Positions 29,356-37,813 of a DNA stretch of 57,138 nucleotides are shown one piece after another. The DNA comes from Vulcanimicrobiota bacterium (GTDB lineage: Bacteria > Vulcanimicrobiota > Vulcanimicrobiia > Vulcanimicrobiales > Vulcanimicrobiaceae). Location of the stretch: positions 1 to 57,138 of the forward strand of contig DAIBFU010000001.1 in the NCBI GenBank assembly GCA_027422105.1, read 5' to 3'. Numbering within the stretch: the stretch's first letter is position 1; each line of letters begins with the position of its first letter. The notes beneath the pieces were generated by a model that was given only the letters and a program-made list of their open reading frames with translations, did no database searches and was not told the origin of the DNA. The position numbers and the translations under genes were made by a program.

Positions 29356-30678
29356 ATGAAACGCCTTCGGCTCGTCGCCGTCACCCTCGCCTTCGCGGTT
29401 CTCGCCGCGTTGGGTACACTGCCTGCGCGCGCGCAGTATGCAAACGAGTTCACCCCGGCCAGAGTCATCAAACAGGGGAAGACCAAGACGCCGTGGGCGG
29501 GTCCCGGACTTGTCGTCCTGCAAGTGGAGATATTCCCCAACGGAAGCTTCCACGTCATTAAAGTTATTCGCACGACCAATAAGGGCGATGTTGCTGCGGC
29601 ACTCGAGATCGCCAAGACTTCGACCTATAAGCCGGCGCTTCGCGGCAAAAAGCCGATTCAAGCGTTTTACGATTACACGCTGAAGTTCGGAAAGAGCGTC
29701 GTGCGAGCGAGCCAGCCGACCACCGGCGGTGCGCTTGGGCACCTCGACACCCTCATCCACGCCGGCAAATACGCCGATGCAAAACAGGCTGCGGGCAGCT
29801 ATCTTCTCGCTCACCCCGGCAACATGGACGCCTTGCAGTACCTCGGCATCTCCGAATACTTCCTGTCGGATTACGCATCGGCAGCCCAAGCCTTCGATAA
29901 AGTAACGACCATCGGCGCTGCGTTCAAAGAGGCAGCAGCGCAATCGTTCGCTGCATTCTCCGTGCAACAGGCCGCAGTCGATCCCCAGCAATCGTTGGAG
30001 TACGCGCAGAAAGCGTATGCGCTCGATGCTAGCCCGAATTCGCTCTATGCGCTCGGCGTCGCGCAATTCGGAATGAAGCAGTACGCAGAGAGTATCGCGA
30101 CCCTGCAAAAAGCGCGTGGAATTCTTTTCCCGCAAAAAAATACGCCGACCGCCACAAAAGTCGCGATCGACAGTCATTTGTTGCAAGGATATTTACAGAC
30201 CGGCGATACGACAAACTCCAATGCGATGCTCGCCGAGCTGAAAACGCTCGATCCCACGGGCGATCCCGGAGCGCGGTTTGTCGCGGCCTTCTACCTGCAG
30301 CAAGGCGTCGCGGATGCCAAGGCAATGAAAACGACCGAGGCGCTCGCCGCGCTCGATAAGGCCGCTACGGCAGGGGATCCGAAGATGGCCGAAATTGCCT
30401 ACAAACAGGCCGCGTTCGTCGTCATCCAGACCAAATCGCCCGACTATAGTCGCGTCCGAAGCTACGCCAAAAAAGCGTTGGCGCTCGACCCGAACGACCC
30501 CGAAGCGCTCTTCGCGCGTGGCATCGGCGAGGCGGGCGTCGGGGTGGTGTACCACCGACCCGACCTTACCGACAGGGCAAAAAAGACGTTGCAAAAAGCG
30601 CTGGCGTTAGCAAAAGCGGGAAACAATGCCTCGCTCGTGCTGCAGATTCAGAACTTTCTAAAGCATCTTGACGGTTAA
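29356..30678 (+). CDS. secreted TonB_C-like domain + TPR-repeat protein
   Basis: Signal peptide ...LGTLPARA. Residues about 30-115 (GLVVLQVEIFPNGSFHVIKVIRTTNKGDVAAALEIAKTSTYKPALRGKKPIQAFYDYTLKF) match the TonB C-terminal domain pattern. The rest is TPR-like. Confidence 0.7.
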   Translation: MKRLRLVAVTLAFAVLAALGTLPARAQYANEFTPARVIKQGKTKTPWAGPGLVVLQVEIFPNGSFHVIKVIRTTNKGDVAAALEIAKTSTYKPALRGKKPIQAFYDYTLKFGKSVVRASQPTTGGALGHLDTLIHAGKYADAKQAAGSYLLAHPGNMDALQYLGISEYFLSDYASAAQAFDKVTTIGAAFKEAAAQSFAAFSVQQAAVDPQQSLEYAQKAYALDASPNSLYALGVAQFGMKQYAESIATLQKARGILFPQKNTPTATKVAIDSHLLQGYLQTGDTTNSNAMLAELKTLDPTGDPGARFVAAFYLQQGVADAKAMKTTEALAALDKAATAGDPKMAEIAYKQAAFVVIQTKSPDYSRVRSYAKKALALDPNDPEALFARGIGEAGVGVVYHRPDLTDRAKKTLQKALALAKAGNNASLVLQIQNFLKHLDG

Positions 30679-30714
30679 CCAAAGCTCTACTTAACCTAGG
30701 ACAGGACTCTTACA

Positions 30715-30759
30715 CAGGGCGGCTAAAGTACCGCCCTGGAGCGGCGGGGAGACCCGCCG
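30715..30759 (+). terminator. two tandem GC-rich hairpins downstream of the TPR gene (weak terminator candidate)
   Basis: The first hairpin is CAGGGCGG-ctaaagta-CCGCCCTG (30715-30738). The second is CGGCGGG-gaga-CCCGCCG (30742-30759). Only a poor T-run follows (aaacgtttct). Confidence 0.35.
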
Positions 30760-30822
30760 AAACGTTTCTACCAGAGGATTTGCTTCACTCAATACACCCG
30801 GAAGGGGAGGCTCGAACAACTC

Positions 30823-31485
30823 GTGTTTGACGGATTTATCAGTGTGATGAAACAGGGCGGGGTCGACATGGTCGTCCTGCTCTTGCTATCGGTTGCGGTC
30901 GTTTGGATCGTCATCGAGCGTTTTCTCTATTTCAGTGCCCAGCATGGCGATACGAAGTCGCTGCTCAAAGAGATCGGCAAGCGCGTTGGCGCGAACGACC
31001 TCGCCGGCGCAATCAAATACTGCGACGGACAGAAAGGCATGCTTCCGCGTATCCTTCGCTTCGGTCTCCAGCGCGGCGATAAGAACCGCGCCGATATCAC
31101 CGACGCACTTTCGATTGCGCTCATGGAGCACCTTAACGATCTCGAACGCAATCTCGGCATCATCGGTACGATCGCCGTTATCGCGCCGTTCGTCGGTCTC
31201 GCCGGTACCGTTCTCGGTATCATCAAAGCGTTCCAGTCGATCGCATTGAAGGGCAACTCAAGCCCGGCAGTCGTCGCGGCAGGCGTTTCGGAAGCACTCG
31301 TCACGACCTTCAGCGGTCTTGTGGTTGCAATCATCGCGGTTATATTCTTCAACTTCTTTAAAACGCGCATCAAGAATTACAACCAAGAAATGATCGTTGC
31401 GGCAAACCAGCTTGCCGAGATGCTGCACTTCCATAACACCGGTGCTACGATCCCTACGGACCTCTATCAACCCACACAGAAGTAG
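30823..31485 (+). CDS. exbB: MotA/TolQ/ExbB proton-channel protein
   Basis: VVLLLLSVAVVWIVIERFLYF and GTIAVIAPFVGLAGTVLGIIKAF. GTG start with GGGGAGG upstream. Confidence 0.9.
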   Translation: MFDGFISVMKQGGVDMVVLLLLSVAVVWIVIERFLYFSAQHGDTKSLLKEIGKRVGANDLAGAIKYCDGQKGMLPRILRFGLQRGDKNRADITDALSIALMEHLNDLERNLGIIGTIAVIAPFVGLAGTVLGIIKAFQSIALKGNSSPAVVAAGVSEALVTTFSGLVVAIIAVIFFNFFKTRIKNYNQEMIVAANQLAEMLHFHNTGATIPTDLYQPTQK

Positions 31486-31502
31486 CGCACTGGAGGAATG
31501 AC

Positions 31503-31916
31503 GTGAGTCTACTTACGGCGCGCGGCGACGAAGAGGTAATGGCGGAGATCAACATCACGCCGTTTACCGATGTCTTGTTGGTGCTTTTGATCATCTTCAT
31601 GATCCTTGCAGCCTTGGTGACGCCACCCGGCTTCGAGAAGCAGTTACCGAACTCCAATAATTCACAGAGTACGGTCAGCAAGAACAAAAACGACATTCAA
31701 GTCGTCGTTAACGAGAAGGGTGTCATCTTCGTCGATGGGACGAAGACCAACACCAAGGGCATCTACCGCGTTATGTATGAAACGATCAAGAAACGCGGCG
31801 TGAAGAAAAAAATCTCGTTGACCTCGGATATCAAGGCGCCTTACGGCGTCATCATCCGCATCCTCGACGCGGCCAAGCGGGCCGGCGACGAGAACGTGGG
31901 CTTCGTTACATCGTAA
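31503..31916 (+). CDS. exbD: ExbD/TolR biopolymer transport protein
   Basis: EINITPFTDVLLVLLIIFM signature. Confidence 0.9.
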   Translation: MSLLTARGDEEVMAEINITPFTDVLLVLLIIFMILAALVTPPGFEKQLPNSNNSQSTVSKNKNDIQVVVNEKGVIFVDGTKTNTKGIYRVMYETIKKRGVKKKISLTSDIKAPYGVIIRILDAAKRAGDENVGFVTS

Positions 31917-31933
31917 GCGTGGGGGATTAATCC

Positions 31934-32359
31934 GTGGCCGTTTCAACCTCAGGTGGTGAAGAAGAGGTGATGTCGACGATCAACATTACGCCGTTCACGG
32001 ACGTGCTGTTGGTCCTGCTCATCATCTTCATCATCCTTGCGTCGGTTACTAAAGAACCGCCGCTTCCTACGGCGTACAATAAAGATAAAGTCTCGCCGTC
32101 GCAGATCGTTGTTATCGTTGACGCGAAGAACCAGATTCAGATCGGCTCGAACACGATGCCGATTCAAGGCGCCAAGGCCGCCTTTCAGACGCTCGAAGAC
32201 GCTGTCGGCGGGCACCTGAAAGACGTCATCATCAAAGGGAATCCGAAGGCGCACTTCGGGACGATCCTTCAGGTGATGGATGCCGCCAAATCGACTGGTT
32301 TGACGTATTTTGGACTTGCCAACCACGTGCAAGGTACGCCACAGGGAGTATCGCAGTAA
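31934..32359 (+). CDS. exbD: ExbD/TolR biopolymer transport protein (second paralogue)
   Basis: TINITPFTDVLLVLLIIFI signature. Confidence 0.9.
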   Translation: MAVSTSGGEEEVMSTINITPFTDVLLVLLIIFIILASVTKEPPLPTAYNKDKVSPSQIVVIVDAKNQIQIGSNTMPIQGAKAAFQTLEDAVGGHLKDVIIKGNPKAHFGTILQVMDAAKSTGLTYFGLANHVQGTPQGVSQ

Positions 32360-32362
32360 CCG

Positions 32363-33109
32363 ATGGCCGTTCAAAAACCACCGCAACCCGACGATAAAAA
32401 GAAATCGCCGTTCCTAACGACCGGCGAACAAGCTCCCAATTTCCTTTGGATCGCGTTGATCTTCGCGCTCTTCCTGCACGCCATCTCGGCTCCGTTCTTC
32501 CCGAACCTCGCCAAGCCGCACGAGAGCACGAAAGTCGACAAGGTCTCGGTAGCGAAGAAGGCTCCGATCAAGGTGCCGACACCGCCGCCGCCGACGCCGA
32601 CGCCGCCGCCAACGCCGACGCCGCCGCCGACGAAAGCAACGCCGCCGCCGAAACAGACCCCGACCCAGCCGCAGCTCAAGGTCAAGCTGATCCACAGCCA
32701 CAACACCGGAAGCGGTCCGAGTATGGCAAACCCCAACCCCAAGACGGGGACGCGGACCGGCACTCCTACGGGGCAAGGCACCGCTTCGCCATCGCCGACC
32801 GTCGCTCCGACGCTCGCCCCGGCTTGTGCGGTTCCGTATAAGGATGCAACCGTCAATCAAGTCTCGGCGCCGAACTATCCGTCGTCGGCGCAAGATGCAG
32901 GGTTCGGTTCCGCCGACGTCCCCGTCGTGGTGAAGTTGAGCGCAACCGGCTCGGTGATTTCGGTGAAACTCGTGCAATCGAGCGGCAACTTCGCGATCGA
33001 TCGTGAGGCGAAACGCGCCGCACGCGACACTACCTACTATCCGAAGATCGTGAACTGTAAACCGGTCGCATCGGAGTATATCTTCGACGCACAGTTCCAG
33101 CCCGACTAA
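32363..33109 (+). CDS. tonB: TonB-family energy transducer
   Basis: N-terminal anchor WIALIFALFLHAI, Pro-rich spacer PTPPPPTPTPPPTPTPPP, and C-terminal domain YPSSAQDAGFGSADVPVVVKLSATGSVISVKLVQSSGNFAIDREA. Confidence 0.88.
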   Translation: MAVQKPPQPDDKKKSPFLTTGEQAPNFLWIALIFALFLHAISAPFFPNLAKPHESTKVDKVSVAKKAPIKVPTPPPPTPTPPPTPTPPPTKATPPPKQTPTQPQLKVKLIHSHNTGSGPSMANPNPKTGTRTGTPTGQGTASPSPTVAPTLAPACAVPYKDATVNQVSAPNYPSSAQDAGFGSADVPVVVKLSATGSVISVKLVQSSGNFAIDREAKRAARDTTYYPKIVNCKPVASEYIFDAQFQPD

Positions 33110-33130
33110 GGCAATCGGAGATCCTCGGCG

Positions 33131-33166
33131 AAAAGACGCTCTTGTGAGCGTCTTTTCCGTTTTCTT
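33131..33166 (+). terminator. intrinsic terminator between the two tonB paralogues
   Basis: AAAAGACGCTC-ttgt-GAGCGTCTTTT forms a perfect 11-bp stem and is followed by ccgTTTTCTT. The A-tract on the 5' side makes it potentially bidirectional. Confidence 0.75.
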
Positions 33167-33172
33167 GGAGCG

Positions 33173-33811
33173 ATGAACGTGCGGGCAAGAGGGCGCCGAT
33201 ATCTCTGGTGGGCGCTTGCGTTATCGCTCGTCCTCCATATCGTCGCAGCGCTCTTCCTGCAGAAAAATCCGCTCGACTTGCGCTCGGGTGTCGCGCATAT
33301 TACCGTGCAAGCGCTCCCGCGACCGATAACGATCGCGCGACGGACGCCGACTCCGCCGACGCCGCCCCCCACCCCGCCGCCGACACCACGGCCGCATGCC
33401 CATGCGGTGCGCGTCACACCGATCTCAAAGCAGAAGGGGGTGGGCGCCCGCGTCGCCGCTCCTCCGCCGATCGCCACGCCGCGGCCTTTGCCGACGCCGC
33501 GCCCTTCGCCGACCCCTGCGCTCGCGTGCATCGCGCAGGGTACGCCGCCGCATCTGCTCGTCGAACCGACCGCTCCGGCGATCGACCCGGCGACGCGCGC
33601 GGAGCATACGAGCGGAACGAGTACGATCGAGGTCTTTGTCGATGCTCGCGGCCTCTTTCAGAATGCGACAATTCAGAGCAGTAGTGGGAATGTTGCGCTC
33701 GACGTCCTCGCGTTGCAGATGGCGAAGAACGCCGAGTACGCGCCGGCGACGAAGAACTGTCGCAATGTTGCGGGGACGATGCTGTTTCGGGTGGACTTTC
33801 AGGCCTGGTAG
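33173..33811 (+). CDS. TonB-family protein (second paralogue)
   Basis: Anchor LWWALALSLVLHIVAALFL, Pro-rich PTPPTPPPTPPPTPRP, and C-terminal domain TSTIEVFVDARGLFQNATIQSSSGNVALDVLALQMA. GGAG Shine-Dalgarno. Confidence 0.85.
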   Translation: MNVRARGRRYLWWALALSLVLHIVAALFLQKNPLDLRSGVAHITVQALPRPITIARRTPTPPTPPPTPPPTPRPHAHAVRVTPISKQKGVGARVAAPPPIATPRPLPTPRPSPTPALACIAQGTPPHLLVEPTAPAIDPATRAEHTSGTSTIEVFVDARGLFQNATIQSSSGNVALDVLALQMAKNAEYAPATKNCRNVAGTMLFRVDFQAW

Positions 33812-33829
33812 CGAGGCGCGCACGCAGTT

Positions 33830-34157
33830 GTCACGCCGAGTAGCTACCGGTGTCACGCCGAGTAGACCGCAAAGCGGTCGTATCGAGGCGCAGCGCCCTC
33901 GCGGCGCGCTCCTGCGCCTGCGCGCACCGCTCCTCGCTAGACGCTCGCGGCTCGGACAAGCAATGTCAGGGTCCTCGCCGCTCGCTTAATCGCTCGTCGG
34001 GTGCATCGCAGGCACTTTCGCGCTGCGCGGTCGTAATTTGTCGCGCCGAGTAGCTACCGGTGTCACGCCGAGTAGACCGCGAAGCGGTCGTATCGAGGCG
34101 CAGCGCATTGAGGATCGGGCCCTCGATACGCCGCGTTCCGCGGCTACTCGGGCTGAC
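33830..34157. repeat. composite intergenic repeat element, copy 1 (BIME/MITE-like)
   Basis: The ends are GTCACGCCGAGTAG (33830-33843) and CTACTCGGGCTGAC (34144-34157), which are inverted with 12/14 matching. An internal ~68-nt direct repeat occurs at 33828-33895 and 34038-34105. An 81-nt core (33925-34005) is identical to 41823-41903. Confidence 0.9.
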
Positions 34158-34172
34158 GACGGCGCTGAGGCG

Positions 34173-34571
34173 CTAAATCATCCCCATGTCGCGCAGAAGA
34201 TTGAGCGTGTCGATATATCGCTGCACGTGGCGTCGCGTTGCATCGTCGAGTTCGAGGAAAGAGATGCCGGTGCGATAGCGCTGGAGCATCGCATCGAAAC
34301 GTGACCAGCGTACGATCCCACGAAGGCGGAGTACCGGCGTTGCGTCTCCGCGCAATTCGAGTTGGATGGAGACCGGTGCATCCTTGACGAGCTCTGCGTT
34401 GGTGAGCATCGCCATTCCGCCGAGCGCGATATCGTAGGTTTCGGTAAACTCCGGGGCAAAATCGTCGCCGATACTATACGAAACGAGGAGCATATCGCCG
34501 ACTCGCTCGAAGCGGCGGCTCTGTTCGTTCTCGATCTCCAATCGGTCACTCTCGCTCGTACCGGATTCCAC
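34173..34571 (-). CDS. PilZ-domain protein (putative c-di-GMP receptor)
   Basis: RRFER (RxxxR) followed by DIALGGMAM (a D-x-S/A-x-x-G variant). Confidence 0.75.
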   Translation of the reverse strand: MESGTSESDRLEIENEQSRRFERVGDMLLVSYSIGDDFAPEFTETYDIALGGMAMLTNAELVKDAPVSIQLELRGDATPVLRLRGIVRWSRFDAMLQRYRTGISFLELDDATRRHVQRYIDTLNLLRDMGMI

Positions 34572-34661
34572 GTTGTTGGGCCTTGGCCGAGAGAACCGGC
34601 AATCCTGCCGAGCGCTCTGTAACGGACGCGTTAAAGGCCGCGCGGAAAGCCTTGGCGTACT

Positions 34662-35531
34662 GTGGGGCGCGTGACACTCTTTCAGGCATTGATTCTCGCA
34701 CTCTTACAGGGCACAACAGAGCTCTTCCCGGTCTCCAGTCTCGGCCACACGATTATCGTCCCTGCGCTTTTTCACTGGACGAATATCCATCGGAGCGATC
34801 CGACCTTTCTCCCGTTCGTCGTCACCCTCCATTTGGGCACGGCGCTCGCCTTGGTGCTTTTCTACCGCCGTGAGTGGTGGAAGATCGTCGGTGCGTTGCT
34901 TCGCAGCGTCATTCGCGGCAAGCTCAGCGACGATCCCCACGAGCGGCTCGGTTGGCTCCTGGTCGTGGGAACGATTCCGGTGGGAATACTCGGCCTGCTG
35001 TTGGAGAAAAGCGTGCGTGCCCTCTTTGCCAGCGCGCTGCTCGCATCGCTCTTTCTCATCGCCAACGGTGCGGTGATGTTTTTAGGTGAAGCATTACGGC
35101 GGCGGCAACTCGCCGTCGAGCATCGAACGAATCGCCCGCTCACGCGTCTTTCGTGGTTTCAGGCGGTGCTTGTCGGAGTCGGTCAGTCCTTTGCGTTGCT
35201 GCCCGGCATCTCTCGCTCGGGGGCGTCGATGGTAACGGGGCTGCTCTGCGACCTCGACCACGCCGATGCCGCTCGCTACTCATTCATGCTGGCGACGCCG
35301 GTGATCATCGCTGCATCGCTCTTAAAAGTCCCCGATCTCTTCAACGCCGGCGCGCATGTGGCGTTGGTGGAATCGTTGATCGGCGGCATCGTTTCGGGGA
35401 TCGCCGCCTATTTTTCGGTCGCGTTCCTCACTCGCTATTTTCGTTCGAACGACCTCCGGCCGTTCGGATGGTACTGCCTGCTGCTCGGACTTCTCGGCAG
35501 CATTCTCGCGTGGAAAGGAATCATCTCGTGA
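34662..35531 (+). CDS. uppP: undecaprenyl-diphosphate phosphatase
   Basis: LLQGTTELFPVSSLGH and GISRSGASM. The start is the GTG at 34662 or 34671. Confidence 0.92.
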   Translation: MGRVTLFQALILALLQGTTELFPVSSLGHTIIVPALFHWTNIHRSDPTFLPFVVTLHLGTALALVLFYRREWWKIVGALLRSVIRGKLSDDPHERLGWLLVVGTIPVGILGLLLEKSVRALFASALLASLFLIANGAVMFLGEALRRRQLAVEHRTNRPLTRLSWFQAVLVGVGQSFALLPGISRSGASMVTGLLCDLDHADAARYSFMLATPVIIAASLLKVPDLFNAGAHVALVESLIGGIVSGIAAYFSVAFLTRYFRSNDLRPFGWYCLLLGLLGSILAWKGIIS

Positions 35532-35728
35532 AGGTTCTCGGATTGCTCGTCGCGGTGCTCTTTTTTATTCTCGCGGTTCTCAGTTGGACCGGTACCTTTC
35601 AATCGGCGCTGATCTTCGGGCATAGCCCGATGCACAATTACAAGCACACCATTCTTTATGCGGTGCTCGGGGTACTCGCGTTACTCTGGGTGCGTTTTCA
35701 GGGAAGCGACGCTACGTCGTCGCGATGA
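35528..35728 (+). CDS. small two-helix membrane protein (hypothetical)
   Basis: GTGA overlap with the uppP stop. The product reads VKVLGLLVAVLFFILAVLSW...ILYAVLGVLALLWVRF. The upstream part of the tracked ORF is an out-of-frame read of uppP. Confidence 0.55.
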   Translation: MKVLGLLVAVLFFILAVLSWTGTFQSALIFGHSPMHNYKHTILYAVLGVLALLWVRFQGSDATSSR

Positions 35729-36626
35729 GGTAGATCTCGCTGTCGTTGGGCGCGTAGCACTCGACCTTCGCCCGCGCGTTGCGGACGAGCGGCTCGATCT
35801 CCGCGAGGCGCGATTCATTGGTCGCGACGATGAGGAGCGGAAACTCACCCGCTTCCGAGAGAATGCCGGCGAGCGAGCGTTGATAGGCCGCCGGATCGCT
35901 CGATCGCGCGCCGAAGAGCGTGTCGCGGTATGCGTGCTCGAGCGTGAAGTAGGGGTTGCCCTGCCACCATGCCTCCCACATCCAGATGCGCGGATCGGCG
36001 TGGTGGAGTGCGTTGCGCGGAGGCGGCGCAAAGAGTAGCGCGTCGGCTTGTTGCCGTTCCAGTGTCTGCATGACGTCGCTCTGGCGAACGGTGTTGCGCC
36101 GCATGTTGCTCGCAACCCACCGTTCCGTCTGGCGAATGTAGTACCACGCGAGTTCGCTCGGCGGAAGGTCGGGCATCTCGTCGGGCTCTTGTGCCTTTTG
36201 CAGCCAATAGCAGAAGACGCGCCAGAGACCGAGAATTGCGAGCCCGGTCTGCCCGTCGCTACGAAGATTTCGTACGTTGTCAAACCACACGCCGAGATAG
36301 ACGCACTGCTCCTCGGTAAAAAAGACGCCTTCCCATGCTTTGAAAAGGTCAAGGGCATAGATTCGGCCGGGAATCATTTCGACGATCTCGGCAACTTCGT
36401 GATCGCGAAGAATCGTCAGATCGTTGACGACGATGCCCTCACCGACGCGCACGAACCATTCGAGAACGTCGCCGCCGTGAACGGCGATGCCGTGGCGTTT
36501 GAGATAATTGAGATGGGTCGGCAACCCCATGAAGGGATCGACCAAACTCTTCGCTCCGTAACGCAGCAAGATTTCGTGGATCCGCGTCGGCGAGATGCGC
36601 CGCGTCCGTTCGTGGAGTTCGATCAT
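35712..36626 (-). CDS. hypothetical protein; weak architectural resemblance to D12-class (Dam-like) N6-adenine methyltransferases with non-canonical motifs
   Basis: Start trimmed to the ATG at 36626 (ATGA overlap with the upstream stop). LVDPFMGLPTHLNYL sits where Dam has EPFxGxG. LLFAPPPRN sits where Dam has DPPY. PLLIVATNES and the C-terminal EIYLIATT sit where Dam has VLISN and DELLI. The alignment was done by eye only. Confidence 0.5.
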   Translation of the reverse strand: MIELHERTRRISPTRIHEILLRYGAKSLVDPFMGLPTHLNYLKRHGIAVHGGDVLEWFVRVGEGIVVNDLTILRDHEVAEIVEMIPGRIYALDLFKAWEGVFFTEEQCVYLGVWFDNVRNLRSDGQTGLAILGLWRVFCYWLQKAQEPDEMPDLPPSELAWYYIRQTERWVASNMRRNTVRQSDVMQTLERQQADALLFAPPPRNALHHADPRIWMWEAWWQGNPYFTLEHAYRDTLFGARSSDPAAYQRSLAGILSEAGEFPLLIVATNESRLAEIEPLVRNARAKVECYAPNDSEIYLIATT

Positions 36627-37801
36627 ACGTGCGCCTTTGCCGCATCGAGCACGGCGGTTACCACGCGCGGGTCGAAATGGGTGCCGGCCGCGCCGTCGAG
36701 TCGTTCGCCTGCGGTCGCGCGGCGAGCAGCAGGGCGTTCGCGGGTATCGATGTCGATTGCATCGTAGGCAATCGCGGTGGCAAGGATGCGCGCGCCGATG
36801 GGAATCGCATCGCGCCCGAGCCCGGCGGGTTTCCCGGTTCCGTCGAACCACTCGGCGCGCGCGGCGACGAGCGGAGCCGCAGCGGCAAGCGCCGGCAAAT
36901 TCGCAAGCAGTCGCGCCCCTTCGCGCGCGTGCTCCGCGCGCCGCTCGAGGCCGAGCCGAACGAGGGGGTCGAGCGTACTCTCAAAGCTATCGTGGAGTTC
37001 GCCTGCCCCGAACGCGAGCGCGGCGATGCGCAGCGCTTCGATCTCGGCAGCGCTGCAACCTAAGAGGCGGGCGCTTCCTTCGGCGAGGCGCAGCACGTTG
37101 CGCGAGCGTCCCGGAACCCCGAGGTGCCGGTCGACGCGGTCGGCGATTTCGAGGAGAAGATCGCCGGGATGGCTCGATTCCGGATGCAATATGCCGCGCG
37201 GAAAGCTGAAGGGCTCCGCTTCGGCTCCGCTCTGATGGAACCACAACATGAATGCGCGCGCGTGTGCCGGAGCGAAGGTGCGCCCCGCTTCCTCGGCAAT
37301 GCTTGCGAGCGCTTCCTCCGGTTCGTTCGCACGAACGAGTCGGTCGGCGAGCGCGAGTGCGACCGAGGGAACGGGAATGCCGTTCCAGCGCAGTTGGTCG
37401 GGGAATCCGGTGCCGTCCCAGGCCTCGCTTTGCCAGCGGACGATATCGGCGACCGCCTCCGGAATCGCGCCGATCGCCGCGCAGATGCGTGCCCCCGAGG
37501 CGGGAATATCCCAGCGCTCCATCGTCGCAAGGCGTTCGGGAAGATCGCTATCGCGCACCAACGCAGGGTTCCCGAGCGAACCGACGGCGTGCATCAGCCC
37601 GGCGATCGCGACGGCATCGAGAAGCCGTTCGTCAACATCGAGGGCGACGGCGATCGAGCGCGCAAATGCAGCCTTCCGCAACGAAAAGCCAAAAGCCAGC
37701 TCGGCGGCTGCATCTCCGATTGCTCCGTAGTACGTTAGCACATCGGTGAGCCGATCGAGCGCGACCCGAGGATCGCCGTCTGCTTCCTGGAATAGCGCCA
37801 T
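36623..37801 (-). CDS. tandem degenerate HD-GYP-like domain protein
   Basis: Domain 1 has AGLMHAVGSLG (HD changed to HA) and RWQSEAWDGTGFP (HHExxDGxGYP degenerate). Domain 2 has ALAFGAGEL (HD lost) and ARAEWFDGTGKP, followed by IPIGARILATAIAYDAI. Confidence 0.7.
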   Translation of the reverse strand: MALFQEADGDPRVALDRLTDVLTYYGAIGDAAAELAFGFSLRKAAFARSIAVALDVDERLLDAVAIAGLMHAVGSLGNPALVRDSDLPERLATMERWDIPASGARICAAIGAIPEAVADIVRWQSEAWDGTGFPDQLRWNGIPVPSVALALADRLVRANEPEEALASIAEEAGRTFAPAHARAFMLWFHQSGAEAEPFSFPRGILHPESSHPGDLLLEIADRVDRHLGVPGRSRNVLRLAEGSARLLGCSAAEIEALRIAALAFGAGELHDSFESTLDPLVRLGLERRAEHAREGARLLANLPALAAAAPLVAARAEWFDGTGKPAGLGRDAIPIGARILATAIAYDAIDIDTRERPAARRATAGERLDGAAGTHFDPRVVTAVLDAAKAHV

Positions 37802-37813
37802 TAGCGACCCTCT

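Noticed and set aside
32560-32680. Short tandem repeats (CCGACGCCGCCGCC-type) at 32560-32680, and similar tracts at 33340-33400 and 56830-57000.
   Set aside because: They are in frame and encode the Pro-rich (PTPPP)n spacers expected of TonB-family proteins. They are not independent satellite or regulatory repeats.
30679-33120. Locally lower GC in the exbB-exbD-tonB region, considered as a sign of horizontal transfer.
   Set aside because: This was judged only by eye. Membrane-protein genes rich in Ile/Phe/Lys codons commonly show lower GC, and no mobility genes or flanking repeats delimit the region.
33396-33989. ORFs reading through the repeat elements (33396-33989, 33850-34053, 34038-34304, 41684-41887, 41754-42080), which share peptide strings such as LRAPLLARRSRLGQAMSGSSPLA.
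   Set aside because: The shared peptides are simply translations of the repeated DNA. They are Arg/Ser-rich, lack start context, and overlap tonB2 or folK out of frame.
33828-34105. Direct repeats that could be mistaken for a CRISPR array.
   Set aside because: There are only two ~68-nt repeat units per locus, separated by a spacer that is itself conserved between the two loci. No cas genes are present. The inverted termini point to a REP/MITE-type element instead.
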